From: Azolla caroliniana
Taxonomy: Eukaryota; Plantae; Polypodiophyta
Assembly: GCA_043228905.1 (NCBI GenBank)
Contig: JBHGNT010000001.1
Coordinates: 5,208,001 to 5,272,000 of the forward strand
Length of the DNA: 64,000 nt
Reading direction: 5' to 3'
The position numbers and the translations under genes were made by a program. Each line of letters begins with the position of its first letter. Position 1 is the first letter of the stretch. Shown here piece after piece: positions 23,188 to 37,600 of this stretch. A model generated the notes under the pieces. The model worked only from the letters and a program-made list of their open reading frames with translations. It was not told the DNA's origin and ran no database searches.

Positions 23188-26100
23188 ATGGTAATGGGGC
23201 TTGATTTTGAAGCTCTGGCAGATGCCACTTCTGGTGCGGTTGGAGGCGTTCTGAGTACATCCATACTTTACCCTCTCGACACCTGCAAGACCAAGTACCA
23301 AGCAGAATCTCGTCCAGGGAAGCTTCTCAAATACAGGTGAATAAAAAACTCACAGTTTTATTTCGTTCTTTTTGTACTTAAATCCCTCTTATCTCTATTT
23401 CTTTCGATCATTTCTTAGCTTGATTAAAAAAATTTCGTTTTTCACTATTTTCTTCCTTTCTCTTTCTCATAATTAATCTTCTTGTTTGAAAGATCATAAA
23501 TGCGCAAATAATCGATGTTCTGTTCTTTTCTCGTCTCTTGAAAGTATCTGTTACAAGTAAGGTGGAAACTTTTTCTGGTTCCACGATAGTAGATGGATTT
23601 TTCTCTTTTATTGCATTGTCATTGATCTTCATGAATGCATCTGTTCCTTAAATTCCACAGGATTCATCTTTTCTCTTGAAAATCTTGCATTGGAGACTGT
23701 AAATATATTGTTTTCCTTAAGTAGCTCGTCCTGTTCTCCATGTAACAAAACATATCCTCCTCTCTTTCTCTTGCTTTTTGCACCAAATTCTCTCTCTTTC
23801 CACCTCTTAAGTAGATACATTTTCCTCAACCTTACTGTCTGTATTTGATCATATTGAATTTGTGAAACATCTTATATGAAGTAAGTTGCGTTTACTTTCC
23901 TTTCATCGGCTAGGAAGACCCTATTTTATAGTCAAAATATCAAAGTGGAGAATTATTTTCTTGCCTTGTCTTTCACCATTGATCTTAATGAATGATTGTG
24001 TTGCAGATGAAATACAAACATTCTCTTAACTAGATTGCTTTTTTATCCTAATATGCGAATGAAATAAACAAACTATTCTCAAGGTTTCCGTTAATATTGC
24101 AGTATTTCTTCTCTGAGCCTTTCATTTTGTTGAAAGACTTTATTACAGACAAAATACAAATGTTTTACTTGAGCAGGTCACTTTTGCTTCACCTGAAACC
24201 ACATCTGAACAGGAAAAACTCACTTTTCTTTTTCCTCTCTTCCCATGCTTTGCCTTTTAAAGACCGTAGTGCTTACAAAATGCAATAATTTTTCCAAAGT
24301 AGGACTTTTTTCTCCTTCTCTTTGCCTTTGATCTTCTTGAAAGTTGTGCAATAGAAATTATAGAAATATTGTTCTTTAAGGAGATCACTTGTTTACTGTC
24401 TGTTCTACATTCAAGCATAACCTTTATACTTTACTTATTTTCTTGTATTTCCCTCCTTATCATCAAATGAATGTGCTACAAGAAAACTACCAACAATTTT
24501 CATAAGTAGGTCACTTGTTTTTATGAACGATTTCCATTAGTAGATTGTATGCTTCTACATAAGGTTGTCCATGCAAGTAAGTTTTTCTTCTTCGTGTTTG
24601 TTCATACAAAATACCTTTGCCAATCGTTTTTCTGATGTTGTGGAAGCACTATATGTTAGAGATAATATTCACGAAATATTTTGTTTATTGGTTCACATGT
24701 TTACTTGCATTACTCAATGTTTTTAACTAGGACTCCGGTCGATGTCTTGAAAGAGGCTCTCAAATCTAATCAATTACTCTCCCTATACCAAGGACTTGGT
24801 GCAAAGACTTTGCAGTCATTTATTTCACAGTTCATATATTTCTATAGCTATAGCTATATAAAAAACATTTATTTGCTAAAGAGCAAGAGAAGAAAAATGG
24901 GAACAGGTGCGAACCTCCTGGTTGCAGCAGCAGCAGGTGCTTGCACAGCTGTCATTACACAGGTAGCAATATGCATCTTTTTCTAAAATCTCTACATGTA
25001 TTCTAAGGCTCATGAAATCAGTCTGTGCTAGCCTGTTCAAAATAGAGCAGAATTCTATCTTTAATTTGATTGGGTTCATGTGTGAAAAACGTGTACAAGC
25101 ATGCTGGCCCTATATATACTCAGATGCATAGGTAGATACGTGGATGGATGGATGGATGTATTTCAATTATCGTTCTGGGATATTAAGTCAACCTAGGGTG
25201 AGAGAGCTTCATTTTCCATAATTCTTGCTGCTGAGTATTATATACCATAAGCTTATTGTGTATCCTTATTTGTTATCATCCAAGTTGGTTTGTGCTATAG
25301 GTCTAGGTTTCACACTTGCAGGAAGATAACTTATGCCACTTGCACATGCAGATTATTATAGGTTCACTTTACAGATATGGAGATTAAAGGATTAAGGCAA
25401 CACCTCGATCTTCAAAAAAGTCAAGTGGAAGTGTTCCACTGGCTGTCTGTGTAAATGTATGAAACTTTATTACAAGGAGATCCATTATATTAGCATCACA
25501 TTGTATTGTGCATGATAAAGACAAAGTCATCAAGTTTAAACACACAATTGAAGTTGCATAAAAACATGACTGCTTTTTATGGACAAGAACATGGTAATTA
25601 TACTATTGTATTTATTTTATGTTTTTCTATGTTACATATGGATATGTAATGGAATTCTGCAGAATGCTTTTGAGGATGGTTTGGGTTATGCTAGGTAAAA
25701 TTCACAACAGTTCCTATCAACTTTCCAATTGGGATCTGGGCTGTTTCACTCTTCATGATTTATTTAGGTTTGCACTTTGTCACTAAACGTTTCATCTTTG
25801 CTTTCCTAAGGATTAACATTTCATGCTATTAAAATTGATCTTCTTTTGAATATGTCAAGAGTATTTCCTGTTACGACCTAGACCAAATATTTTAGATGCT
25901 CAAATTGGAACTTCATGCTGTTTCACACCATTAATCCTTTTAAGAAATAGGTTTTCTAATTCAATCAATAAAAAACAAAAGAATTTTCTACAATAACTCC
26001 GTGTCTCTTTAAGTAGCTTTCTAGGTTCCAATGATCAAATGATCATCTTGAATGTGGCTGGAGATCTTTTAAATATTTTATACATTAAAGCCTGTTATTT

Positions 26101-27765
26101 GCCTGTTATTTGCCTGTTGTGAGTATTCCAAAAAGGTGCAACCAGTATCCATATTATTTCACATGCTTACTCTGTCTGTGGCTACCTAGTTTCCAAGTTT
26201 CTCAGTAAAATAGATATGACATTTTAAGACACGTATTAATAATTAAGCTAATATGTAGACCAAACACATTAAGATTTTGCTACTTTGAACTAGTTCCAAT
26301 TTAACTTGGTTACTGGATAGAAAGATACAGAAATAGAAAGCAAGGATGGCAAAAGTCAGATAATGTAGGCATATAATCGATCCAAAATATATGAATCAAC
26401 AAAAAGGATGATAGAATATAACATCCATATTTTCTTTTTCCAAGAGATGAGGAGATGAGTTATCTTAGCGTGCTTTCATTTTTGCATGGTAGGTGTAATG
26501 AGCCTTATGTTCTAAATGGGGACTTGTTTGGTAATCTTTTGTTATACCTTTCTTTGTATGTTAATATGAGTACTAGATCATTTGACCATCTTTATTGTAT
26601 GCATGCTGGAGTCTATGTTGCAGAAGTGTATACTTACATTCATTTATCTCTGCAGCCCTTGGATACAGCTTCAGCTCGAATGCAAACAAGTTCGTTTGGC
26701 AACTCACAGGGATTGTGTGAAACCTTAAAGACTGGAGACTGGACACAAGCTTTTGATGGTCTCGGAGCATCCCTCATATTAGTATCGAATCCTGCTGTCA
26801 ATGTATACAAATTTGATAGATTTATCAAAAGTTATTTTTCACATAGTGAAATCTCCAAAACATCCCTTTGTTCTTTATTATTTCCATAAATATGCTCTGA
26901 TTTTCTTTATTCCCCTAAATCCCCTTGGTCCACACCCCCAAAAGAAAGCACAAGTAAATGTATCTTTGAGCAATTAACATCGGCAGTTCATATTCTCCTT
27001 AATCATGTGGTAATTATATATGAGGAAAGATATAGGTGAATTGATCCCTTTCTGTTTCTTCTGGGGTTTGACCAAGGATGTTTAGGGGGGAAATTCAGCC
27101 AGTAGGGGAAATAAAGAAAAACCTGGAGCTTTTTCTGAGTTTTTCCTTCATTTCACTATCATGATTTCATTTCTTGATATGGCATCATGAATATTGGCAG
27201 TACACAGTTTTCGAACAGTTAAAGAATCAACTGCTCAGCAATCAGAGACGAGAAATAAGAAGTCTAGAGGGTTCTCCAGTTGTATTATCAGCTTTATCTG
27301 CTTTTCTATTAGGAGCTTTGTCTAAAACTATAGCCACAGTTGTAACATACCCAGCTATAAGGTAACACGAATATCCCTTGTAAAACATCATGCATGCATC
27401 AAGATATACATGTGTATACATATATAGTTAAGTGGAACATAAAGCGTTCTCTTATTTTTGGCAGGTGCAAAATTCTCCTACAGGTTGATGAAGAAGACAA
27501 ACAAGATAGAGATATAGATGGTAATCGGAATGTTGAATGTGTAAGAAGTTCAAAACCCAGGGGTATTGTGGATGCGATAAACATTGTATGGCATAGAGAA
27601 GGAGCATTTGGGTTCTATAAAGGCTTAGAAGCACAAATCCTGAAAACAGTTTTGAGTGCTGCCTTGATGTTGATGATTAAAGAGAAGACATCTAAAATTA
27701 CATGGCTCCTGCTGATGGCTTTTAGGAGATGGTTGACCCCGACTCCTAAGAGGCTAATAAGGTGA
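23188..27765 (+). CDS. PNC1: Peroxisomal adenine nucleotide carrier (PNC1/PNC2-like, mitochondrial carrier family), about 329 aa
   Basis: Exons 23188-23336, 24731-24962, 26656-26802, 27201-27361 and 27465-27765 join in frame. Motifs include [66 protein letters not shown] and [24 protein letters not shown]. Confidence 0.95.
26895..27130. mobile_element. Imperfect foldback / MITE-like element in PNC intron 3
   Basis: The left arm gctctgattttctttattcccctaaatccccttggtccacacccc pairs imperfectly with the right arm ggggtttgaccaaggatgtttagggg...ggggaaataaagaaaaacctggagc. A similar right arm occurs at about 54895-54970. Confidence 0.55.
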
Positions 27766-28965
27766 AATGATTTTGCCAAACTTGGAATAAGTAATAAAAC
27801 AATCCGAACTGCATCATTAGATTCTTAGAAAATAAGAATTGGTCGTACCTCTTGTGATTTTCGGATCTACATATTATTTGACTACAGAATCAATAAACAA
27901 AATCCAATTTAGCAGGAGGCCTGCCCAAAGGGCAAGGTACCTACCATTAGGTGGTGAACATTAATGGAACGTAGTTCAATCTTTCTTTCCCCCTTTCTTC
28001 TACAGACTTCTTTAACAGGGGTAGTTGTAATTATTGTGAAAATTACCATTTCTTTTGCTTTGTTTGCATACCCACCGCCCCATGTAGTAATGATTTTGAT
28101 AGGTCCAGTTCTCTACTACTGAACAGTTTTTATTTATTATAGTTTCATCTCTCCCATTCTAAAATTATAATTGGACCTCCTATGAATGAATCGACAGTTG
28201 ATTGGCATTCTAAGGTACACCTGCGAGTAGTGTAAGAGTGACCTAATGGCATGGAAGATAGCAGGAGGGAACCACATGGCATGGGAAAGAGTAACCAACC
28301 AAGGGAATTAATCCAATAATCATTCAAGAAGAAAGAGGGGAAAACAAAAAGAGTGCAATGAGAGGCTCCTAGGCTCAATGTTTGATAAGGGACACTGGAT
28401 TTATTAGTATTTTGGTATACTAGAATGTGTGCCATTGAATTATAAGATTGGTAACCATGTTGATGCATTGACATGATATATATTTCACCTTGAGTATGAG
28501 AAGAGGAATGCGTAGCATCAAAGTGGACAAATAATTGTGTCTTGCAAATGTATTGGTCATAGGTTTAGAGTGTTCCAAACATATTGTGAGCTAATAGTTT
28601 ATTATTGATGTCTCATTGTTCATAGGTTGTATAATGTGTTCTAGACAATATTGCAAGCTAATAGTTTATTATTGATGTCTCAATATGTGAAATATTGTGG
28701 TGAAAAGGACATGAATAAACCAGTGATGGAACTTTTGAGCAAACATACAACTCAAGGCAAACGAGATAGAAGAAATATTTTCACCCAATATGCATGTATT
28801 CTAAATTTAACTAATGAACACATTATACAACCTATTTTAGAATTCCCATGGCCTATTTTGTGTTTGGTTGGTTCTATCCATACTTTGATCCATTATATAA
28901 TAGGAATTTGTAAGCACATTTACATAATAATTGCATCACCACATATTCATATAGAAACTAATGTG

Positions 28966-29245
28966 ATTGATATTCTTCTTGCAACATCCAAAACCATTTT
29001 TATGCTCTTAGTTTATTGAATATTGGAGATTTCTAGGTCACTATATTGTATTCATCCTTTGTGGAGTTACACGTCTTCTTTGAGTGTTCTTGCATGTAAT
29101 ATAATGTATTGATATTCTTCTTGCAACATCCAAACCCATCTTTATGCTATTAGTTTATTGAGTATTGGAGATTTCTACGTCATTATATTGTATTCATCCT
29201 TTGTGGAATTACATGTTTGTCTTTGACTGTGCTTGCATGTAATAT
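28966..29245. repeat. Tandem duplication of a 142-bp unit (2 copies)
   Basis: attgatattcttcttgcaacatccaaa starts at 28966 and 29108, with continued high identity. Confidence 0.9.
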
Positions 29246-30164
29246 ATAGTGTATTATGAACTAAGGTGTGTACAATGTACAACAACAAAAAAAAGATTGT
29301 GCATGAAAGAAAGCCAGAGGAATAGCTTTAGAAAGCATGCAAGGAAGGAAGGAAAGAAGGAGAATTGAACGAGGTTTAGCTTGGGACCTTATGAATTTAA
29401 GGGAAATTGAATGGTGGACATCCAATTCATTGTATACTTTATGACAAAATTTCTTGTATACTTATAAAAAATGCCAATTTTTTAAATGTAATACCAAGGA
29501 AACCAACAATCTTTCCCTCTGTTAGCAAACCTTTGGATTGTATTAAAGTTTTGAATGTGGCTATGATTTGTCACACTTTTGGACATGACAATGTTAGGTA
29601 AAATGGTGGTTAGTCATTTGTCTAATGAAGGAAGTTTAATGATAGGATGAAAACAACGTGTAAGAGAAATATACAAACACACTCAAATCAATGGACTATG
29701 GAGATAGGCTTCTTTAAGGGTCATGATTGAATACTGTGTTGTAACTTGTGCTTTGTGGATTTTGTGAAACTAGGGTTAGTTACTTTTTTCTACTATACAT
29801 AGGATGATAGGACAACTATTATATATGAATATCATTGGTAACAACCAAAAGTAAATTGTTCACTTGACAATAACAATAATACATATTTCTTTGTTGATTA
29901 TTATACATATGGCAACAATTACAAATTATTTTACTTAATTTTGGCCATGGCCGGAAATAATTCATTCAATAACAACAATAATACATATGTTGGTGGTAAT
30001 GATGGTGATAATGATCATCCTAAAGATCAATCAAGCAAACTAACCCAAGCACCCAACTAAAATCTCACAATTTAAACTACTTTACTATACACCACTGCAA
30101 AATGGAATGGTTGAACACAACTCACATTTCATTGAATGATCTTATAAATCGAGCTACAACTCTC

Positions 30165-30580
30165 TCTTTTTTGTAAATAATGACTTTCATTACGGAAGAA
30201 AAAACACACCACCATGATTGAATTTCAACAAAGTATAGAACCCTTCCCTTCTAAGGATCTAAATACCATTCTACCATGACTACAAACTCCATCCCACCCT
30301 ACACACCAATTCAAATGTCAAATATGATGATACGTGACCTTGCAAAGTTCACCCTCTTCATGGTTGAGATTTCATGACTTCTCAAGCATTGTCACTTGCC
30401 ACAAAAGAAGTCCTTTTAACTTTAATAACATAATTGCTCACCCCAACTTGCGAATCAAAAGTGAAGGCATTCTTTTGTATAGTCAAGTTGAATCATAACC
30501 CCCATTACCCCAAGCACTCAAAAATAAATTGGGAATGAGGCATCACTTCACTATTCTCCATATGTGCAAAAACACAAAGT
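30165..30580 (-). mobile_element. LINE 3'-end fragment related to 9590-10000
   Basis: It shares the colinear blocks ttttgtaaataa, atcaaaagtgaaggcatt, ggcatcact and tgcaaaaac with 9587-9985. Confidence 0.5.
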
Positions 30581-30780
30581 CACAACACACACACACACAC
30601 ACCTTGCTCTCAATTTCTTTAATTCCTAGAAACATGCCCCCACCCCAACGTTTTCTTTGATTTCCTTATGTAGATAAACATGTGACTCAATCTCTAGATA
30701 CACAAAAAATATATACGTATATATTTATATAGGTAGGTAGATAGATAAACATGTGAGTTGATCTTGAGATGTATGTTTGC

Positions 30781-30877
30781 CTAGATGGACGTAGCTTAAT
30801 TGGTAAGGTTGCCCAATGGAGACCAGGAGGTGATGAGTTTTACCCCCTACATTCAATAGTGGCATCTAGTAAAAAAA
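30781..30877 (+). mobile_element. Short tRNA-derived SINE-like element
   Basis: It has an A-box-like TAGCTTAATTGG, a degenerate B box GAGTTTTACCCC and an A7 tail. Imperfect gagatgt(g)tatg direct repeats flank it. Confidence 0.4.
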
Positions 30878-30947
30878 GAGATGTGTATGAAGTAATAGAG
30901 AGATAAGAAAATTGGTGTTGGAACCCATGGCATAGTAGAGTATTATG

Positions 30948-30978
<31 letters not shown>

Positions 30979-31609
30979 TGGGGGCCTATACCAAAGCAGT
31001 TGCTTCCACTTTCAATGGTTTCGATATCAATGGGATGAAAACAGTTTGTGTTTGTTCCATATAAGTAGAGTTTATATTATTTTCATACTAAGATTTGCCG
31101 TCATTGTCGTCACTGCCGCCTCAGAGAGAGAGAGAGAGAGAGAGATTTCCCGAGCACAAGGGGTAGAAGCGTATTACGATTAAAGAGAGAGAGAAAGAAG
31201 GATATACTCTATCAAACTCTTTAAAGAGGCCAAAATGGCCTATAAGACCAACCAAGAGATTACATCTTTAAGTGTTGTGTTACGTGTAGGGATATTTCCC
31301 GGGCACTGTAAAGCAAAACGAGGAGTAATTTTTTAACTGAACGAGCCAAAACTAAAAAAAAAAAGTAACATATCAAAATAAATTACGAAAATAGAAAAAA
31401 AATATCTTCTTCTCACTGCCTCTATGAAGACGGCAGAGCTCAGTTCTTCTTCTTCTTCTTCTTCTTCTTCTTCTTCGATCGATCGATCAATCAGTCGGTC
31501 GATTGGCTCCCGTCGAAACGTTTGATGCTCCCCCTCAGCGTTTCTTCTTCTTCTTCTTCTTCTTCTCCTCCTCCTCCTGCGTTTTCTCCGCTCATCTCTC
31601 CGCGACGCC

Positions 31610-34600
31610 ATGTCGTCTCCACATCGGAGGACAAAGTCCATGCGATCCACTGATGGAAACATCAAAGAATTGCTCGATAGCCAATGCTTCACCGTTCAAG
31701 TAGAGGTTAGCCAACTCCTTTTTATCTTCTTAATTTTCCCTGGCTTCTCAACTCGGGAACTACACAGGAGAGAAGATTTTAGGGATTAAAGAGACGCAGA
31801 CATTTTCTTGGTTCGGAGAAGCAGATGACGCAAAATTTCGATTTTTTTTCTTAGACTTGCCGTTTCTGAAGTTACGCAGAAGGAAACAACTTATTCACAC
31901 ATACGTTACATTTCTGCCGTTTCTGGGTTTCTGGATATGGCAGAAAAACAAAAATTATGCTGTTACTAGATGTGACAGAAGGATATGTGTTTTTTCACGT
32001 TTCTCTTTAAAGCTTCCGTTCTATTTGAAGAAGACGCAAAAAAGATGATTTTTTTCACTCTTCGCTTATAAATGATCAGGCAGAAGAGACAAAATTGATT
32101 CATGTTAACTTTAAAAAATACGCAATCAGTAGTGAGTACCATATGTCTTATACAATTAGAGAGTCCATAATTCTGCTAGATCCTAATTCAATAACCTCAG
32201 GTGTTAGAGAAGCAATTTGATAATAGCAAACTATGTAAGGACTTCATAATCATGCTAAACCCTACTTAAGGAATCATAGCTCTAAAGCAATTAGTGAATC
32301 AATTGTGGATGCAATAAATAAGTTCTCTGAAGTTCTTTGTTTCCATATGCTTAACCAGTTAACTAACTATTAATAGTTTACTGTCAATAGTATCTATAAG
32401 CAAGTTATAAGAAATAAAGCATACTATATTCAGACCATTTGGATACGACATTATATAATCATATTTATGGATCATCTATCCATCTAGCTATTCTTACTTA
32501 AGTTTCTCTTATGAGGCAGGGAGACGAATTCTATTCACATTCTTACCATTTCTCCCGTATCCAAGTTTCGGTAAAGAGGAGAGTTTTTGCGGTTTTAAGA
32601 GGAAAATTTCGTTTTTTCAGGCTTCGAGCAATCACAGAATAATGCGAGCTTTGCAGATGCATTCTTCTATGGTTCAACGCCTTGCGTTAGACACCTTGAT
32701 GGAGGTAAACGAGGAAATTGATGTTCGCATTACTGTCCTTTTCATGAATTAGGAGAGATTCTTTTAGTGATCAGCATTTGTTTTTGTTATCTATTATGTT
32801 TCTCTTGTGATTATGTTGACTTTGTAAACCTCAAATAGTGAAGTTCTGAGAGGTCGACTATCTAATTCTTGTTTGTTTCATAAATTAGGCTAGATTAGTG
32901 CTGCTTTGCCCTTTTGTTTGTCAATCACTCCTTGTGCTGCAGATAGTTTTTTTCCATTGATTTTAATGACTTCATCGACCTAGAATAGTTACGTGAGCAT
33001 TGATACTCCACGGTTGTGCTCTCATGAATTATATTTATGTGCTTTCACTGTCTTTTTTCTCTCGTGATTGTGATGATTTTTTGTATTCCTACAATATTGT
33101 AATGAGATCATTGATATTTTTTGTATTCCTCAATTAGTGAAGTTCTGAGAGGTCAATGTTTTAATTCTTGTTTGTTTCATAAATTAGGCTAGATTAGTGC
33201 TGCTTTGCCCTTTTGTTTATCAAACACTCCTTGTGCTGCAGATAGTTTTTTTCCAGTGATTTTAATGACTTCATCGACCTAGAATAGTTACGTGAGCATT
33301 GATACTCCACGGTTGTGCTCTCATGAATTATATTTATGTGATTTCGTTGTCCTTTTTCTCGTGATTTTTTGTATTCCTACAATATTGTAATGAGACAATT
33401 GATATTTCATGGATGTCTTTCTTTTCAAGAACTAGATTGGTGTAGTTTTGTGGCATTTGTTTTTGTTTATCACTCTTCATGTTATTGAACTGGAAAGTCG
33501 GGAGGGCGGTAAGTCACCAATTAAACCATGAAATTATGTTATAGTTGTTCGAGTAGTTTTTAAGAAAGCCTTTTTCTTGATGTAGAACGCTAAATTCAGT
33601 TTTATACCTAATAGAGAAGTAATTTTAGTGTACCCAAATCTGTGGGATCATAGCCGATTCTTTCTGTTCTAATATGCTCGCCCATGGAAGTTCTATGCAC
33701 AGGATTTAGTTGGTGAAATAGGATTAAACTGCTGAGTTTATTTCCATTAATTGTAAAGCTGATCCCTGGAACCAGAACACGCATGATAACTGTTCTGGAG
33801 GAGTGAGTAAAGTAAATTAAAAAAAGAAGAAGATAAGAATAAAAAAACAAAAAACAAAAACAAAATAAAAAAGATAAATACGAAAATAAAAAATGAAAAC
33901 TAAACCAAAATAAAGCAGTTTTAAAATGACTTCGCTACAGAAGAACAAACGTAACAACTCTTCGTAAAAAAATATGTGATTTTGATGATCATTTTAGAGC
34001 TAGAATAGCATGTTGGATAGAAGTGAAAAAAGAAAAGTGAATGTCAGCATTAGAATGGAGATGAAGTAGTAATCTTTGCTTATGTAGATTAGTATTGTAT
34101 TTATATTCTCGTGTGTTGGGATTATGTTTGTATTGCAAAATCTTTTGGCCTGTGTGCATTAATATTTTGAAGTAAATACTTTGCTGGTTGATGTAGTGTT
34201 TGGAATCGTATGCACACATGTTTTGCTGGTTTATTTTAGATCACACATAATTGACATTGTTATTATGAAACTCTTGCATGATTATTGTTGAGTAGAAAAT
34301 ATTCCTTGAATGCCAGCATTCCACATTATGCATTTTGCTACATTCCAGGGCCATCAAGGGTGTGTTAATGCTTTAGCTTGGAATTCGGAAGGATCGCTGT
34401 TACTCTCAGGGTCAGACGATACAAAGGTATGACTTCCTTGACTTCATTCGTCCTGTGTTCTGTAATACAAGCCTATCCAACCCATGGTATTCGTGATACA
34501 TGCAGGTGAATGTATGGGATTATTCAAGTAGGAAGTTGATACACAGCATTGATTCAGGACATTCTGCAAACATTTTTTGTGTGAAGTTCATACCTGAAAC

Positions 34601-37600
34601 CTGCAATGACATGGTTGCCTCAGGTGCAGGAGATTCAGAGGTATAAACGTCTTTGTGGCAATGTAATCTACATTAAAGTGTGCTACTCTAAACTGAGAGA
34701 TAACTTGCATATAATAAGATTATTTTGGAATAATCTCATATAAGCCCACATGTTGATTTAATTTTTTGTTGTTTAGGTCCGTATACACAGGCTTAGCCGC
34801 TCTAACCGGGGAAATTCACCATTGCATTTCCAGTGTCATACAAGGAGAGTAAAGAAATTGGCGGTGGGTATGCTGTTCCCTTCTAAGCCACTTTTTCTTT
34901 ATCTAGGAAAAAATAGTGTATGATATTTTTAGTATAATGTGAAAGAATAGTTTTTCTGTATGTTTAGTTCCTCTATTCTATTAAGTGAAAAGGAAGTGAG
35001 CCTTTCCACTTCAATAGGTATGGTCGAGAGCCCTTTTCATGTGGGATTACACTTGTCTTATGAAAAAATATATTCCTTATGAGAATCTATTTAAACTAAG
35101 TCATATGTGGCCTCAAATGATAGTACTCTTATCTCTAGTCAAAGTCCTGTTTGTGCACCATACACATCATTTTGCAATGGACAGAAAGAGGGTTGGTCAA
35201 AGGCCTTATATCTAGGAAAAATGCAACCGAATGAATTGAACTTTGGTGATTTCCTTAATGAACATGTTTTGAGTTCCTCTATATATAATAACAACCAAAG
35301 CATGGTTGACTTCTGATTTGGTGGTTCTGAGTTTAATGTCGTTGGCTATTGCAAATTTTGATTTTGATGTCTGCTCACTATGTGGAGTGTAATGGATATT
35401 GTATGTATCACTATGTCCCATAGGTTATATTTGGCCTCTAGTAATGTAATCTCCTTTCTTTCCTCTTTGAAAATATCATATCTGCCTGTCCAAAGTGCGA
35501 AGCAAAGTTATAACACATTCTAACAGGGAAAAAGTTTCAAAATGGGAAAATCAGAAATATTCTTTAAAGTTTAATCAGGTATATGAAGCTCTCATTTCTG
35601 AGGAAGGGTCTTCTAATACTATTCTAAAGGACCTCACAAGAGCTCAGAAAGAACTAATACCATTTTTTTGAAACTCTAAATAAGTACCTAAGCGATAATG
35701 AATTTCTATATAAATAAAAATACAAACATTATTATCATAAACCTTATCATTCAAGTATTTTAACCATTAATCTCATCTTAACCCACTTATTCTATCTTAG
35801 CCTGCTCATTAGGTTTTGCCTAATCCTCTTATCCTACCTTAATTCCTTGATAAATCTCTATTCAATCTGCCTATCGTGCCCTAAAATTTTCATTAATCTC
35901 TTTGTACATCACTTATCATATCCTGACCCAAGCATTAATTTGTCCTTAATGCACTTAATTGTTGAATAACCTCTTCATATTTGTACTACTAAAGCTAAGA
36001 GTATGAAATTATTAAGTACCTTTTTCATACCTTTGAATAAGTACTAAAAGCATATTTCAGAAAATTTCCATTATAAAAGTTGTAGAAAATGGGAGGTAAA
36101 CAGATATATTAAAGTGAGAGCATCACAGAAGTGGATAGCTTATTGGAAGAAAATCAAACTCTTAACTAGCTACCAGTGTTTGGGGTGCACAGTGTGAGAA
36201 CTGAGAGGAAGATTACACATGATAGGAAAGTATCCAAGTATTTTCTTATCACAAAAGCCTGAAAGAAGGTTTTTATCCTCAACAAATCAATGAAGCAATC
36301 TTTTCATGATTGGACTGATGGTGTTGTAGAACAATCTAGGTATTAGGGCATAGACCCCTTGCACTGTTGTACATCATCACGTCAACTTGGGAAAATGGCT
36401 AAATACCTTCACTAAGAGCACATGCCAGTTTATTCTGCTTGTGCATCTTTTGCCATGATGAGTCAGAGACAGCACATTACACGTGTAGATGTTCAACCTA
36501 TCAAGACATCAGAGACAAGATACACCCATTCTGCCAAGACTAGCCCCCATCCTCATAAAGCTAATGGGAAACAAAGACCGGAGAGAGTTGGGATTCTTTC
36601 TGGTAGAGCTCCACAGAATTGAGAGTGACAACAAAGGTTGGTCACACATCACATTGCCCTCAAAGCCTTTTAGCTTCTGGTTCTAGTTTTCTCAAGCTCA
36701 TTTTGGCTTCTTCAGTGGCATAACGTAATCTTATGACACTTGAATTTCAGGTGGAAGAGGGGAATCCCCATATTGTATGGAGTGCAAGCGAAGATGGAAC
36801 ATTGAGACAATATGATTTAAGGGAAGACATTACATGCCCTCAAAATGGGACTGGAACAACTGATCATGACTGCCGGAATGTACTTGTATGTTAATCATTA
36901 ATTCTGATTTACTCGATGAAAGTGTAGATGACAAGATTGTTTAACTTGTCGTAAATATGACAGCTTGATTTGCGTTCTGGTGCCAAACAATCTCTGTCAG
37001 ATCCTCCAAGTCATTCTCTCGCTTTAAAAACGTGTGCAATCAATAGAGCGAGACCACACCAGCTTCTAGTTGGTGGAAGGTATATGACTTGATTTCAAAT
37101 GAAAAATCTAACTTCTTAATACAGATTTTGACCGTGTAAACTATTTGATTTGACTATGTTCAGTGATGCATTTGCTCGTCTCTATGATCGTCGAATGCTG
37201 CCACCCCCATCATCATCGAGAACTCAAAGGAAAGCCTCACCATGTGTGTGCTACCTTTGCCCAGCCCATCTATCAGAATATGTAAGCATAGAACTTTGCA
37301 ACGATGATCCCCTTGAAGTATAAACATTTCAGTTGCATTAGAATGGGTACTGCGGTCGTCATAAGTGAATAGTTTTAATGATAATTTTTACCAAGTGGCT
37401 GAACTTCATCTATATGATGTCTGCATTGCATATGAAATTTGACATTCTGCCTTCAAGCAAAAACATTTCGTCCAATGTAGTTCTGGTTGTCATTTTGCAG
37501 CAGTCAGCATGACAACATCAGTGTTGTGCTGGTTGCTTCAATATGTTATGTGAGGATGTGCTACAGATTTCTTTTCACCTTCACTGAATAATTTGTAATA

